A DNA stretch of 64,000 nucleotides, taken from NCBI GenBank assembly GCA_015680685.1, contig MNCI01002585.1, positions 1 to 64,000 on the forward strand, written 5' to 3'. This document shows, piece after piece, positions 1 through 11,948 of the stretch. Under the pieces are notes generated by a model, which was given only the letters and a program-made list of their open reading frames with translations, ran no database searches and had not been told where the DNA came from. The translations under genes and the position numbers were made by a program. The stretch's first letter is position 1, and each line of letters opens with the position of its first letter. Source of the DNA: Gnetum montanum. Lineage: Eukaryota > Plantae > Gnetophyta.

Positions 1-456
1 CCAAGTAGTCACACTTAAATGCTCGTGATTAAGTCGTACTCATCCACGTTACTAGGAGATAAGGGTAGAGAGATATTAACTAAGAAAGCAATAAATAACA
101 ATAACAATTAAATAATTAAGCTAAGTAGATGCTGCAATGATGAAGTAATCTCGATCTTTATTGTCGGTCATGTGCATGTCCAAGTACGTCACACTCGAAT
201 AAGGATGTTGTACAATTACAATTCACATTGTGGGCATGCACTGGGAGAAAGGGTTGAGAGGAAAAACTGAAAAAAAGTTCCTACCTTAATACTAAAACTA
301 AAAAACTTAAAACTTCTTTACCAAATCTGCCTGCCTCTTATTTATGGATGAGGAGACAGGCTGCGATATCGCATACATGATATCGCGTCTAGGCTGTGAT
401 ATCGTGTACGTGATATCCTGGGTGCGATATCATGGCCAACAATTCATGACTCATCA
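1..456 (-). mobile_element. Partial 3' LTR of an Athila-like family (same family as the LTRs at 58023 and 63376)
   Basis: The reverse complement matches 58023-58520 and 63376-63905. It begins TGATGAGTCATG at 456 (-), preceded by a PPT-like GTGGGGGTA (457-465) and about 100 bp matching 63275-63375. It runs off the window. Confidence 0.85.
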
Positions 457-556
457 TACCCCCACGATTGAATGAAAACTCATCCTCGAGTTAAAGTGAG
501 AACAAGCTCCATTGATTACACAGTGGATAAGTATGGGATTATTGACTGACTAGAAT

Positions 557-1544
557 GGATTCATGCCACAATGTGGAATCAGAACAAAATTGAGACACAA
601 CACGAACGACGCAAAAGAAAATCCTATAACTACAAAATTGGGTGNAGAGTGAAACAGCACACCTGAATCAAGAATCTAAGATTCAATACCACTGTCCACA
701 CAATAAATTATGACATCAACAATTTTTTTAGTAGCTACATTTGCTAAATCATCATGCTGATTTTTTATTTTCTTTCTTTGGTGTCATGCATTGTTTTCTG
801 AGGTGACCATTTTGATCGCAATTCTAACAACTACCATTCTTGAAACCCTAGATCGACTTCTTCCCTTGGACTTTGGTTTTCCATGGCCCTAATTCTGTTC
901 TTGTTAAAGACTTCTACCTCTACCTTCATTACTCAAGGTAGAACCCGCAGATTCACCTAATGCCCTTTTGCATATATCCTCATTGAGAATCAAATCTCGA
1001 ACTTCAGACAACTTCAGTTTTTGATCTCTTGATGAACTACTAACTGTAGTCACCATTCCAGACCAGCTATTAGGCAATGATGATAACAAGATTAATGCTT
1101 TGATCTCATCATCAAAGTCAATTTCCATAGAATTTAACTGATTCGTGATCACATTGAACTCATTGATGTGATATGTAACCGATGCACCTTCAAACATCCT
1201 CAAGTTGAATAATCGATGCATCAAATATACCTTGTTTGAGGTGAATGGCTTCTCATACATATTTGATAAGGCATTCATCAAACCCTAAGTAGTCTTTTCA
1301 TTGACGATATTGAATGCAACGTTGTGTGATAACGTCAAATGAATCACCCTAAGAGCCTGGCGATCTAACAGTTCCTAATCATCTTTGCTCATATGATCTG
1401 GCTTCTTCCCCAACAACGATTTGTACAACTTTTTTTGGTACAAATAATCTTCGGTCTGCATCTTCCAGATGCTGAAGTCCATCCCATCGAACTTGTTGAT
1501 CCTGACTTTGCCATCCTCTAACAAACCTGTCTTCGATATTAGTT
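557..1544 (-). pseudogene. Ty1/copia (Tnt1-like) gag, zinc knuckle and protease start, degenerate
   Basis: KFDGMDFSIWKMQTEDYLYQKKL (ORF 1375-1659), ALILLSSLPNSW (ORF 904-1281), C*NCDQNGHLRKQC knuckle (~789-830) and *ILDSG protease motif (~660-680). Several in-frame stops. Confidence 0.9.
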
Positions 1545-1561
1545 TGTTAGGAAATGAATCA

Positions 1562-1592
<31 letters not shown>

Positions 1593-1800
1593 NCAACCAC
1601 ACAGAGAACACACAAAATTTTTGTGGTTCAGCAAGATCGTTGCTCACATTCACAACCACACTAGAGTTTCATTATATAATTTGTAGATTACAATTACAAG
1701 AGAGTTTCGGAACATTACATAAATATGCATCAAGAAACCGTTCATAATCGAAATTGGCCCATGACCCAATAATCGGATGAGTCACCACATGACTCCAACA
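1545..1800 (-). mobile_element. Short copia 5' LTR (~256 bp)
   Basis: On the minus strand it reads TGTTGG...CTAACA, followed by a degenerate tRNA-Met-type PBS (aacTAATATCGAAG versus TGGTATCAGAG) and then gag almost immediately. Confidence 0.7.
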
Positions 1801-1837
1801 ACATATGTATTTTTAGCCTTTCTATTTGTTTTATCAC

Positions 1838-2135
1838 GTTCACTTGAAGATGTTAGGCTTTTGCTCATCTACTAACCATTCAGGTGATGAATACTATGGC
1901 TCTTTTTTTTTTTTTAAAAAAAAATGTTTTATTAGGTGCTACATGGGTTTGAGCTAGGGTACAACCACTTGAAGATGTTAGGCTTATATTCATCTACTAA
2001 CCCTTCCAGGAGATGAACACCATGGCTCTTTGTTTTTTTCATTTGTTTTATCAAATGCTACATGTGTATTGTGGTGGCTTTATCCTTTATTTCTTTTTTT
2101 CATTTATTTTATCACATGCTACATGTGTATTTCAT
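1838..2135. repeat. Degenerate ~125-bp tandem duplication plus shorter repeats
   Basis: cacttgaagatgttaggctt...catctactaacc...atggctcttt at ~1841 and ~1966; ttttatca..tgctacatgtgtatt at ~2046 and ~2107. Confidence 0.75.
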
Positions 2136-2825
2136 GTTGTATTTAACTCCTAGAAATAAATCATAATTATGTTTTGCCATTGAAAAACTGCTGCACAATG
2201 AAAGCAGTTTCCAAATAAAACAGAATAAAAACAGCCAAAACATTTTTAAACAAAATAAAAAGAAATAGATCATTCATGCTTAGTTAAAAATTACAAAATC
2301 TTTTAAGCATTTTAATTGGACATTCCCAACTTTCTTTGTGCACAGCCGTGTTATGTTGTGCCTGTTTCGATAACTAATTCAGCTGCTTACGCGTAATCCT
2401 TGCAAGATGACGCCTACTGTATTTCTTTCTGAAAGAAATATAAAATTTCTTATTGCATCGCAGTCGATAGGTTTTAAATAGATTTCGGAAGCCAAGTATT
2501 AGACGATTTCTTTCAAGTGGAAGAAGTTGATAGAGCTTGCTTCGAAAACAAAACCCATGTGTGTGTGACGGCTTGTGCAGCAATGGCATTGGCTCTGGCT
2601 GCTGCGGCGGCTTCCGCCATGATAATATCCTACTCTCCTCGTTGCTGCTAATTTCATTGCCATCATATAATATATCAATGGCGTTACCGTACAAGCATTT
2701 CTTTCTTTCGTTGTTGACACGCCTTTCATGTTTTTGCGATTGCCCCAGCTTTGGCCGTCGGTCCACATAATTGGAGTTCATGTGACTAGACTAGACTCTC
2801 AGTTTTGGTTTCAATTTCAATTTCA

Positions 2826-2938
2826 ATGGCCGCAGAAAACTCCTCCCACCTGGATTGCTTCGAAGAGGCCGAGAACGCGGAGGCGATTTTTGCCAGAATC
2901 GAGCATAAATCTCGCCAAGTTGAGCGCCTGCTCAGGCA
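2826..2938 (+). CDS. ARPC5: ARPC5 exon 1
   Basis: caATGGCC start; ends CA|GTAAG; encodes EAENAEAIFARIEHKSR. Confidence 0.92.
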
Positions 2939-5900
2939 GTAAGCCCCGCCTTGCCTGCTTTATTTGATTGATTCGTGTATGTATGTTTATATGTTCATTT
3001 CTTTCCGGTCGTGAACTTTAATTTTTCGGTGCTTCCAGATCTCGGTACACAGAGGCTTTGAAATCCGCGCTGGAGGATTCCCCAACCAAAACCAAGGACG
3101 AACGATGCAAGGTTAGCATACAATTCTTGCAAGGTTTGCCGCCATATTGTACAATGTTCCTCTTCTCATCACTGTCATTAGTGTATGCTAAGAATGTTTG
3201 TTTGACAACGCAATCAATCCGGGCGGTCCTTTGCCTGAAAAGGATTATGTATATATTTACACCGAAGTATATGCAAAACTTCACTGCAGAACATGCTGCA
3301 GGCATCTGACACAAGGACAAAAACAAAGCCTAAGGTAGAAAGCAAACCCAGAGAATCCAGGACACATAGTATACCCGAGCACCATGGTATTGCCAGGTTT
3401 CTCAGTAAATTATATGCATGCCGAACCTTCATTATTCTGATTTGTACGATGCTACCAGTGAGCCCATAATCATCCCAGAATATTTTAATGTAGGTAAATA
3501 TATTCTAAAATGAAGGCTATCTTTGGATTGCATGCTACAGAAACTGCATTATGGTATTTCATGGCTAATTTATTTGAAAGTTACAATGAGAAATTTCTAA
3601 AAAAAATTGATTGCAATAATTTAATTTATTGAAAACAAAACAATAAAATCGAAACAGTAATGATGCCAATAAAACAGAATCTAAATAGAAACTAGCACTA
3701 ATTGAAAATAACTTATCTGAGCGGATATTAAGAGAGGAAGAGAAGAGATGTTGTTAATGCTCAGACCTTACACGATTTTTTATGAGCTAAAATTTCTCTT
3801 TACCCTGATGATATTCTTAGTTAGGTATCAAAATCTTGGTAATATTATTCTTCCATTTTAGTAAATACAAGCTAATTTTAAATTTTATACTTCAAATTAC
3901 TGATCATGGTAGCAGATAGCTAATTTATTTTTGAATGTACCTACTCATTGTTCTTTTTAATTTGGGATAAGATGGGTGAAAACCCATGGCTTTAAGATGC
4001 AAAACATACACTTTTCAAGCTTGCTGCTCATAGAAGAAGTAATTTTGGCCAAGAGGCTAACTACCAGCTGGCTAGACTTTGTCACAATAAATAAATAATT
4101 ATTGTTATAATGCTGGGCAAGAGATGAACCTTTTCATGGGTCAAGAGATGAACTTTTTCATGGGAATTATCATGGCATGTAATGGCTTGGTTAGTTATGG
4201 GATTACATCAATTTTTAAAAGAAAAAGATTCTCTTAGCCAAATAATAAATATATATCATAAATATATATAGCTAACTAGTTCTTATCTAGGGAGGTTGTG
4301 CATCTTGTTTCTGATTCAGAGAACTTATCAACTCACTAGTGTTTGTACTACAATGTGTGTATCTAAATCCATTCAAAAATCAATTTTAAAATTAACAAAA
4401 TAAATATATAATAAAATCTAGAATGGCATTTATTATATGATATTGAATTGCCTCTGAGAGAGCCTTTCTGCAGTGAATATTTACACTGCAAATACACATT
4501 TTTATATTGTAACACATGATTTACAGTTGTAACATTATTTGGTATGGGGTACATCTATCTTAAAACTCATGTGGTTGTCTGTGTTGTTTCCCTATGATCC
4601 TTAGTTCGAGGTGCAGTTTGCTTTTTCCTTTTTACCTTTTCTCTAAGAAATAGTGAAGTTGTATTCTTGTCTTAAAATATGCTATATTCATGAAATGATT
4701 TGTGTTTATTGCTGAATTGTATCTAGTCAGCAAATTGGATAGTGGTGCATCGTGTATTAATGGCAAGCAAGGATGTAGATTTGGTTCTTACATCATTAGA
4801 TCCTGAATATTATGACATTCTAATGAAGTAAGTTATTCTCTGAGCTTTAATTTTTTGTTTACCGTTAGCGACAAAATTCACCATATCTCATTATTTGTTG
4901 TATGTTTAGAAGGTAATTTGGCATGCTTTCTCTACATGATGACTAGAATGTCTTTTTCTTTTTTCAAAGAGTATGGATGTTCGTGAATACTTGAATATAT
5001 TGTTTAAGCATTAGATATATTGTTCATTTCATTTGTTTGTCTCAACCTAAATGCTTGACACATAATTTTCCTTGATTAAGTAGAGAAAAAAGTATACAAA
5101 ATTATGAAGTAGATACTAGAATTTGGCTGATATTTCATTCTTGCTAGTAAGTTTAATATCAAATCTGTAACAAAAAGAAGTTATGAAGGGTAAGAAAACC
5201 ACCGATTGACTTTTAGAATGTATTCAACTTTTGGACCTTGGGGTTGAGAGAAGGGCTGAATGTTCAAACGCGTCATTGACAGTTGGAACTGATATCCAAC
5301 ACTGGAATAACGTTTTCAAGGACTTGAGAAGATTTTAAGAAACATTTTATGGTGAAGTTTGCACACAGGATGGTTTCAAGTAGTAACTGACGAGGAGTGA
5401 AATCTTAAAGCAATGTTGGGCAGTATAAAATTTCTAGCCATGTAGCTTTAATGAGTTAGGATGTACACAACTATTCAGAAAGCAAGTTCACATCGAAGCA
5501 ACTTTGAATCTGCCACATACATGTATTCTTATAAGAGTTTAAGAATAATAAAAACAAATGACACTGCAACAAAATACGCCAAAATAATTAAAGGTAAAAT
5601 CACAAGGTTGGTTAATACCAGAATTTGCATGGAAAATCCCAAAGTGAAAAGTCATGAGAAAGCAGTGCAAAGCTCTTATATTAAAGCAAACCATGACAAA
5701 TTAATCTTCAGGCACAGCAGACACCTATATTCCAACAAGCATGCTAAACACATATGACCAGTCTTGCTTTATAGCCCCCCGTTGTCTCTTTAAAACTTTC
5801 TGAGTTTACTTTCTCGTGTTTATCTGAAACTTTCTAGATTACCCTTTATACCATAAAGTTAACATTATTAAAATAACTTTAACTGTTATAAGGGATATTT

Positions 5901-7940
5901 CCTTTTAAAAAACAACAAAAGGACCTTTTCAAACTACAAAGTTTTAACGTCATTTTAACATTTCTCTTCCTTGAAGACAAATTTATTTTTGGATCTAAGT
6001 AGGCAAGCATCAATCCAACATGCCCTTCTGTCTTATTTGATTGTTTAGCATTATTTCTTGTAGCCTCTTTCTCCGTTTGCTCCTTCCACCTATTATAGGC
6101 ATAGGATCCATTTTTCATGCTCTTCTTACAGAACTGTCACTCCACGTCTTTGCTTCTGGAAGGTTCTCTGCTTTTGCTTCTGCCATGTGTTTGAGCAACT
6201 AGGGCATCTCCAACAATTTTGTTAATTGTATTCGCACTTGATATAGTATTTGAAGCTTTCATCAATGTTGTACGAATTGTCTTCGTAAAGAACTATGAGT
6301 TGTAATAACCCTAATATTTCCTTTAAATGTTACTTTTAGTCTATCTAATTAAGCAAATATACATTGCTCTAAAACATTCTGTATTCACTTTTTTGTCTTT
6401 ATTTAGAACCTTCTAGATATCCCTTTATGTTATAAAGTTAGCATTATAAAATATATTGCAATTTTTAGAATGTCATCCACCTTTATCATCGTTGTCCATT
6501 ATGTGAAGCCTGCAAGTATCTTATTCATTCCTGTGACTTCAAAGGGGTTGGCAAGTTCTCTGGATCTCATCAGAAATAATGTACTCAACTCCATGTGTTT
6601 CTGCTGTTGGGAGCAACCAGTTCCACAATTCTGACCCCACTACATGGAGTTGGAATCTATATTTATTTTGGCCAAGAGGCCAACTACCAGCTGATGAAAG
6701 AGGGACTTTTTCTGTCATGATTTTTTTTATAAATTGGTCATAACTACCACCTGACCAAAGGAGGGTCCTTCTTGGGGACGATGCTTAAGTAATCAGCAGG
6801 AACCTGCAGCATGAATGGATTCAAGACGATCACATGAAAACAATCCTGAAAATATTGGGAATACTGGTGAAATTATCATTTTATGCTGAAAGTAGTGAAA
6901 CACTGAGGTGTTTTGTGCATGCCAGCTGTCATGCACCTAACCTATATTGCCCTCAGTTATTGCTAAATATGCAAAAGACCAAATAATGAAAGTCGAAAAG
7001 CTAATTCCAGATCAGGTCCGCAATGTTCCATGCTTATGACATTGTTTACATCCCTCCAGATTACCAAATGCAGTTTTCTAATATTTTTTACTGATCTAAA
7101 GTACTGTTTTGAAAGGTATTATCCAGTGCAAAAATTATTGTGACTAAGCTAATTGCAGATGATATTTCAACTCTCATCCACTGCAAGTACAATTTTTCTA
7201 GAAAGTTAGCTATTTGGATGTAACTAGTTTTTAATTTAGTGTTTAATTAATGTGACATTTACATTTGCTAGAAAGTTAGAAATTTGATGACGTAGTGCTT
7301 AAGACAAACATTCACTTTGTAATCTATTTAGCAGATTTGGTTTATGAACAAATTTAACCAAATTTGCTTTTTATAATTAACATTATGTACGTATGTTTCT
7401 AACTTGCAAATTTGCTTTTATAATTAACATTATGTACGTGTATTTCTAACATGCTTCTAGGCACATAAAAATGTTGATTATAACGGCATTGACCAGAAAT
7501 ATGTCTAATCGACTTCCGATTTTCCCAATCTTGCACCATAATTAGTCGTTTTTTCCCCTTAAAACTCATCGTTCCCCACCCCTTTTTAAAACTAACCGTT
7601 ACTGGCTCTTAGTTGACTGTCATGCTATTTATTTGAGAAATTAATTACACTTGATAATGAATTTAATATGATTCCAAATGTCTTTTTAAAAGAAATATGA
7701 AAGCTTTGGACAATACAATGAATAAATCTTTATTTTGTGAATGATATGTTGAAAATTTCAAAGGAGGAAATAAAATTCATGTTTACCTCTTCTTTTCAAT
7801 TCAGATACCTCTACAAGGGACTGGCAACTGGAGATAGACCTACCTGTGACCAATGCCTTCGGCTTCATGAAAAGCTAACAGAGAAAGCGGGTTTGGGCTC
7901 CATTGTACGTGCCCTAGCAGATATGTCCAATACCGTATAG
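2826..7940 (+). CDS. ARPC5: Actin-related protein 2/3 complex subunit 5; exons 2826-2938, 3039-3111, 4727-4827, 7805-7940; 140 aa
   Basis: All three introns are GT-AG and join in frame (423 nt). The product MAAENSSHLDCFEEAENAEAIFARIEHKSRQVERLLRQSRYTEALKSALEDSPTKTKDERCKSANWIVVHRVLMASKDVD...EYYDILMKYLYKGLATGDRPTCDQCLRLHEKLTEKAGLGSIVRALADMSNTV is recognisable as plant ARPC5 (Arabidopsis CROOKED). Confidence 0.96.
3039..3111 (+). CDS. ARPC5: ARPC5 exon 2
   Basis: ttccAG| ... ALKSALEDSPTKTKDERCK |GTTAG. Confidence 0.93.
4727..4827 (+). CDS. ARPC5: ARPC5 exon 3
   Basis: ctAG| SANWIVVHRVLMASKDVDLVLTSLDPEYYDILM |GTAAG. Confidence 0.93.
7340..7431. repeat. Intronic ~48-bp tandem duplication
   Basis: aaatttgctttt(t)ataattaacattatgtacgt..tttctaac occurs twice in a row. 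Confidence 0.75.
7805..7940 (+). CDS. ARPC5: ARPC5 exon 4
   Basis: ttcAG| YLYKGLATGDRPTCDQCLRLHEKLTEKAGLGSIVRALADMSNTV*. Confidence 0.95.
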
Positions 7941-10900
7941 CTTCAAAACCCTTCACTGAAAACAGAATGTTTGATTGCTTCATGAGTTCATATATTATGG
8001 TTGATATCTTAAACAAGGCTATAAAGTTGCTATTGAAAGACTGAAAATAAACAAGTAAATTTGGCATTTAGATGCACGCTATGGTTTTTATACATCTTCA
8101 TTTTCTATGTGCCGGGAAAAATTTGACGCCCGGAGAAACTGTAAGTGTGGACATCCAGAAATTCAAAGTTTAGAATTCTTTTGGAGGCAGGGTTATCTTT
8201 TTGCAATATTGAGCAAACTTGTGTTTTCAGCAATATTTGATGTATTCCAGAACATTTTTATTTAGTGGATTTTTTACTATAAGTTTACAACGTACTTTTG
8301 CAGTTTCGTTTTTAAATGAGCATATCAAAATTGAAATGTGTTAACGGCATTCTACATGCTAGCGCGTTTGCGTAAAAATTGTAGGGTCTAAGCTTAACTT
8401 TGTTTGTGGCACCAGCAACATGGTTAAAATAAGAATTATTTCATTTTTTTTTTAGAAAATTTGATTATTAAAATATTATTTGTGCAAGAATTTTAACATT
8501 ATGGAAAAACACTCTGACAATCCACAAATTTTGCAAATAAAAGAGGTAAACCTGTGAAAAAAAAATCTAAAAAATATATTGCAGTATGTAATGATGTTAA
8601 AGAATCTTGGTTTGGTAACACTAGGTCACAAGTTTAATTCCATTTGGCAAAACTAAGTTATAAACTTGATTTTAAAAAATTGGTAGAAAGCAATTCTGAA
8701 ATTGGTCTAATAATTCCAATTTTAGTTTAAGTTTCAAAGAGAGATAGATATAGAGCCAAGGGTGTTGAGAAATAGTTTCATATTCACATAATCATCAAGC
8801 TAACAATGTATAATCCACTAACAATGTATAATCCACTAAGGAATATAATAATTGGCTTCAAAGTTGACCAAGTTGGATTATGACTTGGTTTAATTAGAAA
8901 GATCTTAATCAAGTGCCAAACCTTTATAATGATATTCTTGAGAATGAAAGATGCAATGTAACCCTTCTAAACTAAATAATAAACTTATAGGTTAAGTTAT
9001 GATATTTACTCACAAGATAGTGAAGCTAGATAAACTTTCGATTGATGAAACTATGAGTAGAGTTATTAAAGATTTTCTTTCTCCTAGGAATTTGATGTTT
9101 GATGAGAGAAACCAAATGATAGATAAAATGATATGAACATTGATTCAAGAGAATGAACTAGATATGATTGATTCATATCTCTTCATGGGGATTAATTTTA
9201 AATTTGTGGAGGGTGACTGTCTTCAAGATTATGGTGCATTGTTGGTTTCAAGGCTTAGTTGTTTCTTGTTACAATATTAAAGGAAGAGACCTCTTTAGCT
9301 AATGAAATTATTCTAGTGGGAAAAAGGTAGTGCTTGATTTTTGCATAGCTTTGAATCATGATTGGTGTTTTTTGCAAACCCCACCAATTTCTTTGTAAGT
9401 AGCAACTTGATGGTTTCTAGTACTATCATGCTTAGATTTTTATGGTGATGTTAGGTGATGATGATGGAGTTTTGGGGTTTGTACCCTTTTAGCATTTCCC
9501 TTACGAGTTTTTTTGACTTATTTCACCATGGGCTTGATTTGTTTTTGTGAAATCTCATGGCATATATATACTAGTTTTCAACCTCTCTAATGCTTTTCAT
9601 GTTTTGAATTGTTCACTTTTTTTTTTGGGAATCCAGATGGACATGATGCAACTAGTTTTGCTATGCATGATTTCTCATAGTAGCAATATGGATTTTGTTT
9701 TAGGATTGGTTTGGGATGGGTACTTGAATATAGACTCTTCATTTCCCACTCTCTTTTTCTTTTTCTTTCTTTCTTTTTTGATGATTCCTAGCCAGAAAAG
9801 AAATAAGAGCTAATGTAGACATTAGATTAGTTAAATATCACTCAACACATAACAAAACCAATACTTTATTTATTTAGAATGAAAATAAATTAACAAACAT
9901 CTTTTAGATATAGAATTTCTTTAGAAAGTTAACATTAATGGGCTCTTTATCTAGGTTTTCTTCAAGATCTTGTAGTTTGTAAGTGCTTGTATGGAATTTT
10001 TCACATACAATAAAAGGTCCTAACTAGTTCAAGGAGAATTTACCTCTACTTTCAATCTAATTTACCCTTAAAACGATATCATTAAGGATTTCGAGAATTT
10101 TGGAATCTGAATCCAAGCTCCTAGAGGCCGGAGGCAGTGAACTGCGCTCTGTGCGTCTGTGCATATCCGATGAGCATGGTGATCCATTGTTTTTGAACAA
10201 CGCAGATGAGCTCCTGATGCCAGCTGCAATCTCTGCCGAATAACCCTCGTTCTGGATCGTTACCATGCTACAGACCCTGAGAATTTCAGCGACGACTTCG
10301 ATCATGATCTTTGGAATTCTTGGAATGGAAAACTGAGGTTGCATTTTGCGATTTTTGAGTTGATCTTCGCTGGATGAGAATGACATTTTGAATTCAGATA
10401 TTATCGAAGAAGCGACTGAATCAGAATCATATCCCTATTCCGTCAACATTGACAAATTTTGGAAATATAGCCGTTGCTGACGTTCGTGTCCATGCCGCGC
10501 GTCGCGCGCCGTCCGTAGCCGCCGCCGTTCGGGCCTCCGACGCACGTCTCCTTTTGCTGGCGTTTGCTCGCTGCCGTTCACACTGATTCCTGCACACCCC
10601 GGATCTGCAAATGCCGCCCCTTCTCTGCACCGACATCGTTTGCCCTAGCTGCAATAGCACTAGATTCGGTTTGATTGGCCTGGCATAGATTTGCGAATTC
10701 TCCTCTCGCGCTTTACCTGCCTGATAGATTTGAGTCAAAGTGGTGGTTTGGCGTCAACGGGTTCACTGGTGCTTCCGATCCAGGAGTGCGATGTAGGGTT
10801 GCACTGTTGTTGGCAGAGAAGAACTTTGCTACAGTGCAGTCATGGAAGAATCTCAAGGCCCGTCTGGTTCTTCTCAGTAGGGAAGTCCCCCCAACTCCAC

Positions 10901-11015
10901 TAATATTGATTTTTTTATTCCGAATGATCTTTTTGATAATGTAGCTGAAGAATTTTCATCTCGGTTCATTTTTATTCAAATTATGGGTTTTATTCCCTGA
11001 TCAGTAAATCTCAAT

Positions 11016-11948
11016 TTGTACATCAAATCTATTCTACAATCTCATGGCATAACCGTTTCCTATGCCCGATATTACGCCCGAAACTTTGTGCTCGTAGAAC
11101 TCTCTGATGCTTCTCATGTCAAGAAAGCCCTTTCAGCCTATTTTTTCCCAGCACGAAATGCTACCCTGGTCATCCGTCCATGGAAATTCGACTTCGATGT
11201 CACTGACCCAGCCTATAAAACTATCCCCTGTTATGTGGAGTTACCTAATCTTCCACTTATTTTTTCCACCTTTGAGAGAGACATTGTCAGTACCCTTGGT
11301 CACATTATCTTTGATCACGGAGTAGAGGTGAATGGATTTCAGTTTCGTCGCTACTGTTTAGAACTTGACATCTCTCATAAGAAAACCTCTCTCACATTAG
11401 CGGCTGGAGGAAAATTGTTCACACAAAAAGTTGATTATTTTTATCTTCCAAACTCCTGTAGCTATTGTCATCGAGCTGATCACCACATCTCGGCCTGCCC
11501 TTCCTTAGCTAGGAAGAAAAATGTAAACAACCCTTCACAAAATCGTTCTTCCTCTATAGATGAAACTCAAGCCCTACCGAAAACATTTAAATTTGTAGCC
11601 ACTCCCCACAAGACCTCTAGTCTTCTCTCCAAACCTAAATCCTCCACCACACGAGTCCCTCATTCTAGCTCCTTTATTAAGATCACTTTGCAAGCTAAAG
11701 TCACCCAGTCTAAATCTTTCAAGGACTCCATTTTAACCACTGAGGGAGGGATTGATGGGGGCAGGAAAAGAGCTAAACCATCCTCCTTTTCTGACCCACC
11801 ATTATCTCCCTCCCATATAGCCTCTTCTATAGTTCCAGTCATTACAAACGACCCCTTTGTAGTCCGCTCCAACATAATGGAAGTGGACACATCAACCCTC
11901 AAATCCTCTGAAGTTCTTTCCCTACCCGCATCTTCTACCTCCTCATGA
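11016..11948 (+). pseudogene. LINE ORF1 (DUF4283-like region and CCHC knuckle); N-terminal part upstream is broken by stops
   Basis: LVIRPW...PCYVELPNLP and YLPNSCSYCHRADHHISAC are typical of plant L1 ORF1. Confidence 0.85.

Noticed and set aside
2374-2967. ORF-track ORFs around the ARPC5 promoter
   Set aside because: They are overlapping low-information frames; the real ARPC5 exon 1 is in a different frame.
5180-6800. TE remnants or hidden exons in ARPC5 intron 3
   Set aside because: There are some short duplications (5833 versus 6411; 4045 versus 6669) and LTR-like composition, but no recognisable protein motif or defined termini.
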